A stretch of DNA of 64,000 bases from Sphingobium sp. (GTDB lineage: Bacteria; Pseudomonadota; Alphaproteobacteria; Sphingomonadales; Sphingomonadaceae). The stretch is from the NCBI RefSeq assembly GCF_041987595.1, contig NZ_JBHIWJ010000008.1:1011-65010 (forward strand), read 5' to 3'. Positions 16,880 through 24,669 of this stretch are shown here, in pieces; within the stretch, counting starts at the first letter, position 1, and the number at the start of each line of letters is the position of its first letter. Under the pieces are notes generated by a model, which was not told where the DNA came from, ran no database searches, and saw only the letters and a program-made list of their open reading frames with translations. A program made the position numbers and the translations under genes.

Positions 16880-17533
16880 ATGTGCAATAGGGCAGAACGC
16901 GGCGATACGCAGAAGGTGCTGAACCTGTTCGGCGCCCGACGCGGTGTCCGGTTCAATGAAGGGCCGCTGGAGACACACCCGGCTCAGCCCGGCACTGTCA
17001 TCAGGCTGGAGGACGGCCAGCGGGTGCTGGAACAGATGACGTGGGGATTTCCGCTCGCGCAGAAGAGCAAGAAGACGGGACAGCCGCTCAAGCCGAAGCC
17101 GGTGAATAATGCCCGCTTCGACAAGCTGGGTAGCTATTGGAAGCGATGGGCTGTGGATCCGCGCAACAGATGCCTGATCCCTACGGCGCGATATGCCGAG
17201 GCGGTCGGTGAAGCTGGCCGGATGACGGAGACCTGGCTTTCCGTGAAGGACCAGCCAATCTTCGCTTGGGCGGGCCTATGGTCGAACAGCGATGAGTGGG
17301 GGGCGGTCTATACCGGCGTCATGACCGACAATGCTCCCGAACTCATCGACATTCACGATCGGTCGCCGGTGATCCTTGATCCGCAGGAATGGGATATCTG
17401 GCTGCATGCCCCGCTGGAAGAGCTTTATCAGTTCGACCGGCCCTATCCGGCAGACCGGATGATTGTCGAGCATACGGCAAACCCTTGGTTCAGGAAGAAG
17501 GGCAGCGCTCCAATGGGGCCAGCCCTACTGTGA
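16880..17533 (+). CDS. SOS response-associated peptidase (SRAP / YedK-HMCES family)
   Basis: Start chosen so the protein begins MCNR (catalytic Cys2, the family hallmark). ...MTWGFP..., ...NARFDKL....W........RCLIP...Y.E, ...FAWAGLW..., ...DIHDRSPVIL... are typical SRAP motifs. Confidence 0.85.
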   Translation: MCNRAERGDTQKVLNLFGARRGVRFNEGPLETHPAQPGTVIRLEDGQRVLEQMTWGFPLAQKSKKTGQPLKPKPVNNARFDKLGSYWKRWAVDPRNRCLIPTARYAEAVGEAGRMTETWLSVKDQPIFAWAGLWSNSDEWGAVYTGVMTDNAPELIDIHDRSPVILDPQEWDIWLHAPLEELYQFDRPYPADRMIVEHTANPWFRKKGSAPMGPALL

Positions 17534-17725
17534 TCGACGGTTGAAGATCGCCCGTCCGAACATCGCGAAGGCCGCGATGAATATCCAGCGCATCGCGAAC
17601 AGAGCGGCCAGTGTGGCCAACGCTGCATCATCCGGTGCGCGCCAATAGGAAATGGCGAGCGCCGCGATGGTAACGGCGGTCAGTAGGGGCCAGAGCGTGC
17701 GGCGGTGCTGTGAGTTCAACGGCAT
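17525..17725 (-). CDS. Possible small two-helix membrane protein
   Basis: 66 aa from the internal Met (MPLNSQHRRTLWPLLTAVTIAALAI...). Weak RBS (AGGCGGA). Only hydrophobicity supports it. Confidence 0.3.
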   Translation of the reverse strand: MPLNSQHRRTLWPLLTAVTIAALAISYWRAPDDAALATLAALFAMRWIFIAAFAMFGRAIFNRRSQ

Positions 17726-18034
17726 GCAGTCCGCCTGATGCCGATCAGACGACGCGAGCGCAACCAAACCGCCATCGGGCGCGGGGGGAGGCCGCTGGCA
17801 CCCCTCAAAACGCGCTTTTCCCCCCGCCTCGCCCGCGCGCTTTTTATGTCCCTTTTGATGCACCACCGACACCCCCGGAAAGCGGCCTAGATCGTTGGCC
17901 GGTTACCGATCATCAGGCGGCCCGCGCTGATGCGTTTTGATGCACCCAGAGCGCCCTCTTTGGGCCGGTGCGACAATCCCGAAAAATGATGCTCCTTACC
18001 GTTGAAAGCGGGAGGGTCGGGGAAAAGGTAATCT

Positions 18035-18270
18035 CTATAATCTGCTGTCCAGAACTGCCGAAAAGTGGCGGGTTTCTGCCGTTTTTGCGGTTGGCCTTCC
18101 GCTATAATCTTCTGCAACCTCATAGGGGGTAAAACTATAATCCCTTTGAAAAGTAAGCCTTTTTTCGAGCCTCAAAATCACTCTTCAAAGCTATAATCTG
18201 GTTATAGAAAGATTATAGGTAATGTTAGCTGTAAACCATTGAATTTGCTCGATGGTTATAGATGTTATAG
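18035..18270. repeat. Convergent array of CTATAA(TC) / TTATAG repeats in an AT-rich non-coding region (iteron- or arm-site-like)
   Basis: CTATAATC at 18035, 18102, 18135 and 18191. The reverse complement GATTATAG is at 18211, and GTTATAG is at 18201, 18255 and 18264. Four perfect TATAAT hexamers lie in 160 bp of a ~65% GC genome. Confidence 0.8.
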
Positions 18271-18325
18271 TTTTCCCGACCCCTACCGGCTTACTAATCC
18301 TGTCCCGCCTGTATAGGGATGAACC

Positions 18326-19198
18326 ATGTTATCTGACCTGTTGAACATCTGGGCAGGGTTTGGCCCTGAGACAAAGGCCGCCCTGATCGGTGCGGTATCG
18401 ACATTGGCCGCTGCCATAGGAGGTTTCGGGGGCTTAATCCTGCAGGTCCGGTCGCAAGGCCGACAAAATCGAGCAAGCGTAGCAGAGAACGAGCGCCGTC
18501 GCTTGAAGGCTGCGATGTATGAAGAAAGCGTCGGGATCTGCAACGAACTAAGCGACAAGAATATCGATTACACTACAAAGTTACGAAGTGCGGGTACCCA
18601 GATATTGATGGCCGCCAAAGTAGGCGAGCTTGCCGCTTCATCAATGTCGCCCAACTGCAGCTTAATGAGCTTAAGGCAATCTTTCTATCAGTGCCACGAT
18701 GCTGCAGTGCGGTTCATCATAATGATCGAACGCAGACGGATCATAGATCCGCGTATGGCAGTTTTCCGCACCGTGATGAATGCGACACTCCACGACATGC
18801 GGCAGAATTTCGAACAGAGGATTGTCCCGATCGCGTGGCCCGCTTTCCCGACATTCGCGCCCGACGGCCGACAAAATCACTATGTTCCTCTCTCCGAGCA
18901 GAGCGCAGAGAAGATCAACCGAGATCTCACCGAGATCGCTGATCAGGCATCGGATGTTGGGTGCCACATCGAAGATTTTTTAGTTGAGATGCAAAACCAT
19001 CTCCTTGGGGATCTGTTCGGTCATGAGGTAGCGCACCGGGTTCCCCTGGACCGTCGCTATCGGGTCACGACGCTTAATGCTGCACCAGAGATCGAACGCG
19101 ATATCATGACGGAGAGTGAATGGGGGAAATTAGCTCAGCAAACTGAAAAGAACGTCCTGGCTGGCCTGACGGGAAAGGCTGAGGAGCTTCGGGAATAG
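18326..19198 (+). CDS. Hypothetical membrane-anchored protein, low-GC cargo
   Basis: 290 aa. One N-terminal TM (AALIGAVSTLAAAIGGFGGLIL), the rest predicted soluble. No motif recognised. DNA is about 50-55% GC by eye. Confidence 0.65.
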   Translation: MLSDLLNIWAGFGPETKAALIGAVSTLAAAIGGFGGLILQVRSQGRQNRASVAENERRRLKAAMYEESVGICNELSDKNIDYTTKLRSAGTQILMAAKVGELAASSMSPNCSLMSLRQSFYQCHDAAVRFIIMIERRRIIDPRMAVFRTVMNATLHDMRQNFEQRIVPIAWPAFPTFAPDGRQNHYVPLSEQSAEKINRDLTEIADQASDVGCHIEDFLVEMQNHLLGDLFGHEVAHRVPLDRRYRVTTLNAAPEIERDIMTESEWGKLAQQTEKNVLAGLTGKAEELRE

Positions 19199-19305
19199 TT
19201 CGGGACTCTCAGGTCCGCTCTGTTCCTCTCGTTGCCGATCTGTTCCGCAAATGTGCGCTTGACCGGAAGCCAAAATCGCCTAGAAGCGCCGGGAAATCCC
19301 CACGG

Positions 19306-19381
19306 GGGCGATTAGCTCAGTTGGTAGAGCGTCTCGTTTACACCGAGAATGTCGGCGGTTCGAGCCCGTCATCGCCCACCA
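19306..19381 (+). tRNA. tRNA-Val (anticodon TAC)
   Basis: Manual cloverleaf: GGGCGAT/ATCGCCC acceptor, GCTC/GAGC D stem, TCTCG-TTTACAC-CGAGA anticodon arm, GGCGG-TTCGAGC-CCGTC T arm, discriminator A, encoded CCA. Confidence 0.9.
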
Positions 19382-19691
19382 TCCCCTTGAAAAGATGCTT
19401 TTGCAGACGGGCCTCTTGCCCTATCATGACAGCGACCATTTTGGTGGAGGCACACCCGGTCATGTCTCTCACGGTCCTGTTTGGCGGTACAATTGCGCCC
19501 TTTCTGCTGATATTTTCGCCGATCACCCTGGCGAGCGTCCGCGATTGCCTGAACTGGGAAGCACCCGCCAAGGCAGCGAAGGCGGCAGTTGACCCGCCCT
19601 GCCGGAAAAAGCGGCCGCCCTTGCTGCTGATGTAAGCCATGCTTTTTCCGGATATTGCGGCGCAGCGTCAGCGCTGCTAATCGGTGCCGCC

Positions 19692-19919
19692 ATGATCCAG
19701 CCGCCCGAAATCCTTCGAGTCACCAAATCCCGCGTCTGCTGCGATGGTTCGGGTGACATTCCGGCCGCCCTCGGCCATCCGCGCGTCTTTCTGGAAATTG
19801 ACGAGCATGGCTATGTCGATTGCGGCTATTGCGACCGCCGCTTCGTGCTGATCGGCGGCCCGGCCGACACGCCGGAAATAGCGGGCCTGCCCGACATTTC
19901 CTCGGGCGCCAGCCTCTAA
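19692..19919 (+). CDS. Zinc-finger (zf-CHCC, NDUFS6-like) domain protein
   Basis: 75 aa. VCCDG...HPRVFLEID..G.VDCGYCDRRFVL pattern. Confidence 0.75.
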   Translation: MIQPPEILRVTKSRVCCDGSGDIPAALGHPRVFLEIDEHGYVDCGYCDRRFVLIGGPADTPEIAGLPDISSGASL

Positions 19920-19969
19920 GCCTTCGATTTTGATTGGGCTTCGGCCATGCCGCTCCTATATCGAACGGC

Positions 19970-21412
19970 ATGACCGACGCTGCTCCCCAATTTACTGATG
20001 CCCGCGGCCTGCTCTATCGCCCGGGCCTGCTCGACCCCGATGGCGCGCGCCGCCTGACAGCCGAAGCGCTCAAAAGCTGCGACGATGGCGAACTTTTCCT
20101 GCAATATCGGGCAAGCGAGAGCTTCGGTTTCGATGACGGAAGGCTGAAGACCGCCGATTATTCGACCGATGCGGGCTTTGGCCTGCGCGGCGTGTCAGGC
20201 GAGATGACCGGCTTTGCCCATGCCAACGACATCAGCGAAGCCGCGATCCGCCGCGCCGCCGAGACGCTCACCTTGCTCGATCCTGCCAAGGGCCAGCCTG
20301 CCTCGCCCCCACAGCACACCAACCGCCATCTCTACACCGACGTCAATCCGCTGGAGATCGTGCCCTTTGCCGAGAAGGTGACGCTCTGCGCCGCCATCGA
20401 CGCCGCCGCACGCGCCCGCGATCCCCGCGTCGCGCAGGTGTCGGTTAGCCTCGCCGGAAGCTGGTCGGTGGTCGAGATCGTGCGCGCCGACGGCTTCACC
20501 GCGACCGACATCCGGCCGCTGGTGCGACTGAACGTCTCCGTCATTCTCGAGGAAAATGGCCGCCGCGAAACGGGCGTGTTCGGCATTGGCGGACGCTATC
20601 TCTACGATCAGGTGATGGATCCCGCGATCTGGAACAGGGCAATCGATGAAGCGCTGGCGCAGGCGCGGGTCAATCTGCGTTCCGTGGCCGCACCGGCGGG
20701 CGAAATGACCGTGCTGCTCGGGCCGGGCTGGCCGGGCGTGCTGGTGCATGAGGCCATCGGTCACGGCCTGGAGGGCGATTTCAACCGCAAGGGCACCAGC
20801 GCCTTCTCCGGTCGGGTCGGCGAACGCGTCGCGGCGCCGGGGGTTACCGTGGTGGATGACGGATCGATCACGAGCAGGCGTGGCTCGCTCTCCATTGACG
20901 ATGAAGGCACGCCGACCCGCGAGAATGTGCTGATCGAGGACGGCATCCTCAAGGGCTATATGCAGGACCGGCTGAACGCCCGACTGATGGGTGTCGAGCC
21001 GACCGGCAACGGCCGCCGGGAAAGCTACGCCCATGCCCCGATGCCGCGCATGACCAACACCTTCATCAAGGGCGGGCAGGACGATCCGGAAGAACTGCTC
21101 GGCCGCATGAAGTCAGGCATTTTCGCGAAGAGCTTCGGCGGCGGGCAGGTCGATATCGTCTCGGGCAAGTTCGTCTTCTCCTGCACCGAGGCCTATAAGG
21201 TCGAGAATGGAAGGCTGGGCGATCCGATCAAGGGCGCGACCCTGATCGGCGATGGTCCGACCGCGCTGACCAAGGTCATCGGCGTCGGCAACGACTGGGC
21301 ACTGGACGAGGGTATCGGCATGTGCGGCAAGGGCGGCCAGAGTGTGCCCGCCGGGGTCGGCCAGCCCACGCTGCTGATGGAAGGTCTGACCGTCGGCGGA
21401 ACGGCGACCTGA
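19970..21412 (+). CDS. tldD: Metalloprotease TldD
   Basis: HEAIGHGLEGDF zinc motif, C-terminal ...GMCGKGGQSVPAGVGQPTLL.... Start set at MTDAAPQ. Confidence 0.9.
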   Translation: MTDAAPQFTDARGLLYRPGLLDPDGARRLTAEALKSCDDGELFLQYRASESFGFDDGRLKTADYSTDAGFGLRGVSGEMTGFAHANDISEAAIRRAAETLTLLDPAKGQPASPPQHTNRHLYTDVNPLEIVPFAEKVTLCAAIDAAARARDPRVAQVSVSLAGSWSVVEIVRADGFTATDIRPLVRLNVSVILEENGRRETGVFGIGGRYLYDQVMDPAIWNRAIDEALAQARVNLRSVAAPAGEMTVLLGPGWPGVLVHEAIGHGLEGDFNRKGTSAFSGRVGERVAAPGVTVVDDGSITSRRGSLSIDDEGTPTRENVLIEDGILKGYMQDRLNARLMGVEPTGNGRRESYAHAPMPRMTNTFIKGGQDDPEELLGRMKSGIFAKSFGGGQVDIVSGKFVFSCTEAYKVENGRLGDPIKGATLIGDGPTALTKVIGVGNDWALDEGIGMCGKGGQSVPAGVGQPTLLMEGLTVGGTAT

Positions 21413-21505
21413 TTCAATCCACGACCTCGGGTCAGCGGAACGGCGACCGGAGGCCAGGGCGCCACGGGTTGCGGAACCTGACGGCTGTTTCGTCTTTGTC
21501 ATGTT

Positions 21506-22081
21506 ATGAACATGTTGACCGACAGTCATGACGCCGTGACCGCCGATTGGGCGGCGGCCCTGCTCGACTTCTGGTTCAATCAGGTCGGGGAAGAGGGCTG
21601 GTGGAGCCATGACCCCACCCTTGACCGGACATGCTCGGCCCGGTTCCGCGATGTGTGGGCCGAGAAACGCACCCTGTCCCCGGAAGAATTTCTCGAACGG
21701 GCTGATGACGCCCTCGCCGCGGTTCTGCTGTTCGACCAATTTCCGCGCAACATGTTCCGCGGGTCGGCACAGGCATTCGCGACGGATGAACTCGCCCGGG
21801 ACATCGCGCGCGGTGCGATTGCGCATGGCTATGACATCCAGATCGGCGGCGCGGGCAGGCTGTTTTTCTACATGCCGTTTCAACATAGCGAGAATCTGGA
21901 CGATCAGGAATTGTCGCTCACGCTGTTCGAAGGAGCCGGAGACCCGAAATCTCTGGCCTTTGCTCGACAACACCATGCCACCATTTTGCGGTTCGGCCGC
22001 TTTCCCCATCGAAATGCGCTGTTGGGACGTTCCACGCTGGCCGAGGAAAGGCAAGCAGCCGAGGAGGGCGCGCACTGGTAA
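21506..22081 (+). CDS. DUF924 family protein
   Basis: 191 aa. ...LLFDQFPRNMFRG..., ...FFYMPFQHSE..., ...HHATILRFGRFPHRNALLGR... are typical DUF924 motifs. Confidence 0.85.
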   Translation: MNMLTDSHDAVTADWAAALLDFWFNQVGEEGWWSHDPTLDRTCSARFRDVWAEKRTLSPEEFLERADDALAAVLLFDQFPRNMFRGSAQAFATDELARDIARGAIAHGYDIQIGGAGRLFFYMPFQHSENLDDQELSLTLFEGAGDPKSLAFARQHHATILRFGRFPHRNALLGRSTLAEERQAAEEGAHW

Positions 22082-22186
22082 TTCCGCTGCCCGTTTTTTA
22101 GGCATCACTGACGCGCTGCCCAAATTTTTGGCGGCGCGCCTGCAATCCTTGTAGAAAATCCCCGCACTTACGGCCGCTTAAGAAAC

Positions 22187-22202
22187 TGGCATGCCTCTTG
22201 CT
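22187..22202 (+). promoter_or_regulatory. Sigma-54 (-24/-12) promoter of glnK-amtB
   Basis: TGGCATgcctcTTGCT matches TGGCAC-N5-TTGCW with the correct GG/GC spacing, 36 nt upstream of the glnK ATG. Confidence 0.7.
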
Positions 22203-22237
22203 AGGTGTGTTGTCGCACACCAGTAACAGGGGGCGAC

Positions 22238-22576
22238 ATGAAACTTGTCATGGCTATCATCAAGCCGTTCAAGCTTGACGATGTCCGCGAGGCTCTTTCC
22301 TCGCTCGGCATCGCCGGCATGACGGTGAGCGAAGTGAAGGGCTTCGGCCGCCAGAAGGGGCAGACCGAAATCTACCGCGGCGCCGAATATTCCACGAATA
22401 TGGTCCCGAAGATCAAGATCGAGGTGGTCTGCGACGACGACCTCGCGCCGCGCGTCGTGGAAGCCACGCAGGCGGCAGCCAATTCGGGCGCCATCGGCGA
22501 CGGCAAGATCTTCGTTCTCGATGTCGAACAGGCGGTACGCATCCGTACCGGCGAGACCGGCGAAACCGCTCTGTAA
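22238..22576 (+). CDS. glnK: Nitrogen regulatory protein P-II
   Basis: MKLVMAIIKPFKLDDVREAL...GRQKGQTEIYRGAEY (T-loop Tyr). 112 aa. Immediately upstream of amtB. Confidence 0.9.
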   Translation: MKLVMAIIKPFKLDDVREALSSLGIAGMTVSEVKGFGRQKGQTEIYRGAEYSTNMVPKIKIEVVCDDDLAPRVVEATQAAANSGAIGDGKIFVLDVEQAVRIRTGETGETAL

Positions 22577-22589
22577 GAAGGGGGAATTA

Positions 22590-24014
22590 ATGTCCTTTTC
22601 CAAGAAGCTTTGCGGCGTGATGGGGGCGGTCGGCCTGTCCCTGCTCGCGGCCGCACCGGCGCTGGCCGCGCCGATCAAGGCGCCAGACGCCACAGCCATG
22701 GCCGCGATGGTCAACAAGGGTGACGTCGCCTGGATGCTTGTCTCGGCCGCGTTGGTCCTGATGATGTCCGTTCCCGGACTCGCCCTGTTCTACGGCGGTC
22801 TGGTCCGCACCAAGAACATGCTGAGCATCCTGATGCAGGTGTTCATGATCGTTTCGGTCGCCGGTCTGGTCTGGTGCTGCTGGGGTTATTCGATCGCCTT
22901 CACCAGCGGTGGCGAAAACCACTTCTTCGGCGGGCTTTCCAAGGCATTCCTGATGGGCGTCGACGGCACGACCTATGGCGCGACGTTCAGCAACAACGTC
23001 TATCTGCCTGAGTTCGTGTTCGTGGTCTTCCAGATGACCTTCGCGATGATCACGCCGGCGCTGATCGTCGGCGCCTTTGCGGAGCGCGTGAAATTCTCCT
23101 CGCTGATCGTGTTCGTCGTGCTGTGGCTGACCTTCATCTACTTCCCTATGGCGCACATGGTCTGGTACTGGGCTGGCCCGGACTTCCTGGTTGACGCACC
23201 GACCGATTACGGCCTGCTCTGGGGCTGGGGCGCGCTGGACTTTGCAGGCGGCACCGTCGTTCACATTAATGCCGGTATCGCTGGCCTCGTGGGCGCCCTG
23301 ATGATCGGCAAGCGCGTCGGCTTCCCCAAGGAACCCATGCCGCCGCACTCGCTCACCATGACGATGATCGGCGCCAGCCTGCTGTGGGTCGGCTGGTTCG
23401 GCTTCAACGCCGGTTCCAACCTGGAAGCCAATGCCGTCACCGGCGTCGCCTTCATCAACACCATGGTCGCCACCTGCGCGGCGGCGGTGAGCTGGTCGCT
23501 GGTCGAACAGGTCCACCATGGCAAGGCCTCGCTGCTCGGTGCGGTCACGGGCGCCGTCGCCGGCCTCGTCGCCATCACCCCGGCCGCTGGCTTCGCGGCT
23601 CCGATGACCTCGATCGCGCTCGGCTTCGTCGTCTCGCCGATCTGCTACATCTTCGTGGCGTTCGTGAAGGGCAAGGTCGGCTATGACGACAGCCTGGACG
23701 TGTTCGGCGTGCACTGCATCGGCGGGATCGTCGGCGCCATCGGCACCGGCATCGTCGCGGCCCCCTCGCTGGGCGGCCAGGGCGTGTTCGACTACACCGT
23801 CTTCCCGGCGGCCTTCCATCCGGAAGCCTACAGCATCGCCGGTCAGGTCTGGATCCAGATCAAGGCGGTCGTGTTCACCCTGCTCTTCTCCGGCATCGGC
23901 AGCGCGATCCTCTACTTCATCATCGACAAGACGATGGGGCTGCGTCCGAGCAAGGAAGCCGAAATGGAAGGTCTCGATCTCTCCAGCCACGGCGAGCGGG
24001 CCTACAACTACTGA
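22590..24014 (+). CDS. amtB: Ammonium transporter AmtB
   Basis: 474 aa with a signal peptide. ...ALDFAGGTVVHINAG..., ...FGFNAGS..., ...DDSLDVFGVHCIGGIVG... are Amt-family signatures. Confidence 0.9.
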   Translation: MSFSKKLCGVMGAVGLSLLAAAPALAAPIKAPDATAMAAMVNKGDVAWMLVSAALVLMMSVPGLALFYGGLVRTKNMLSILMQVFMIVSVAGLVWCCWGYSIAFTSGGENHFFGGLSKAFLMGVDGTTYGATFSNNVYLPEFVFVVFQMTFAMITPALIVGAFAERVKFSSLIVFVVLWLTFIYFPMAHMVWYWAGPDFLVDAPTDYGLLWGWGALDFAGGTVVHINAGIAGLVGALMIGKRVGFPKEPMPPHSLTMTMIGASLLWVGWFGFNAGSNLEANAVTGVAFINTMVATCAAAVSWSLVEQVHHGKASLLGAVTGAVAGLVAITPAAGFAAPMTSIALGFVVSPICYIFVAFVKGKVGYDDSLDVFGVHCIGGIVGAIGTGIVAAPSLGGQGVFDYTVFPAAFHPEAYSIAGQVWIQIKAVVFTLLFSGIGSAILYFIIDKTMGLRPSKEAEMEGLDLSSHGERAYNY

Positions 24015-24079
24015 GATTGGCAGGGCGGGCCGATCAAAGGCCCGCCCGCCTCACCCTGTTCCTCCTGCGAACATTCCTT

Positions 24080-24112
24080 GGGACCGGTACGCAAGTGCCG
24101 GTCCCTTTTTTT
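24080..24112 (+). terminator. Rho-independent terminator after amtB
   Basis: GGGACCGG-tacgcaagtg-CCGGTCCC followed by TTTTTTT. Confidence 0.75.
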
Positions 24113-24165
24113 GGCACGAAATACATTGGGTTGGCGGGAAAGAAGCAGCGTGCCATGCTCAGGCC

Positions 24166-24669
24166 ATGCGCTACGTCCTTCGACATCTGGCATTGTCGGC
24201 ACTGACGGTCGCCTGCCTAAATCCTGCGTCATCGTTCGCGTGCGCCGTTTCCTTAACTGTACGGGATCGGGCGCAAGGCCCTTTTGATTCCGTAAACCTC
24301 GCGAGAATTGCGCAGTCAGGCTATATCAGCCCGACCGGTCCGGCCGATCGAGCCTGGAAAGCGACGGCCATCATCGAAGGCCGGATCGCAGAACGTATAG
24401 TCACCCTGTACAGCGATCCCTCGGACTGCAACGAAAGGGTCGCCATCCCCCATGCGGGCGAAGTCTGGGTGATCTATATCAAGCGCTTCGAAGACCACCG
24501 GAGCTTGGCGGTTCTCGCCATGTCGCTCGCGCAGGCGCGTAGGGAAGATCCAAGGTTTGGTGGCCTGCCTTATCCGGATTACGCCCGGCGCGACCGGGAA
24601 GTTCGTAAAGTGAACCGTCAGTTATCCCTTAGGCGGAAGCTCGGTTCAGACGCGAGGCCGAGTCCATAA
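24166..24669 (+). CDS. Hypothetical secreted protein
   Basis: 167 aa from MRYVLRHLALSALTVACLNPASSFA (signal-peptide-like). No other motif. Convergent 24-nt overlap with the crtB end. Confidence 0.4.
   Translation: MRYVLRHLALSALTVACLNPASSFACAVSLTVRDRAQGPFDSVNLARIAQSGYISPTGPADRAWKATAIIEGRIAERIVTLYSDPSDCNERVAIPHAGEVWVIYIKRFEDHRSLAVLAMSLAQARREDPRFGGLPYPDYARRDREVRKVNRQLSLRRKLGSDARPSP

Noticed and set aside
16480-16956. 158-aa version of the ORF upstream of the XRE gene, and the 294-aa version of the SRAP ORF (16649-17533).
   Set aside because: The two long versions overlap each other across the divergent promoter. The internal starts have a strong RBS (AAGGAGA at 16785) or the family-defining Met-Cys start (16880), so the shorter versions were annotated.
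17887-18123. 78-aa minus-strand ORF in the AT-rich repeat region.
   Set aside because: It has no RBS and its composition is not protein-like. It spans the CTATAATC repeats, and the region is better explained as non-coding regulatory or origin-like DNA.
19321-19759. ORFs of 65-104 aa overlapping tRNA-Val and the region downstream of it. An 11-bp inverted repeat (CCGGAAAAAGC at 19602-19612, GCTTTTTCCGG at 19641-19651) was also noted.
   Set aside because: The ORFs overlap the tRNA or lack an RBS and any motif. The hairpin has a 28-nt loop and no U-tract on either strand, so it is not a convincing terminator or sRNA. I found no duplicate of the tRNA 3' end (an att repeat) elsewhere in the window.
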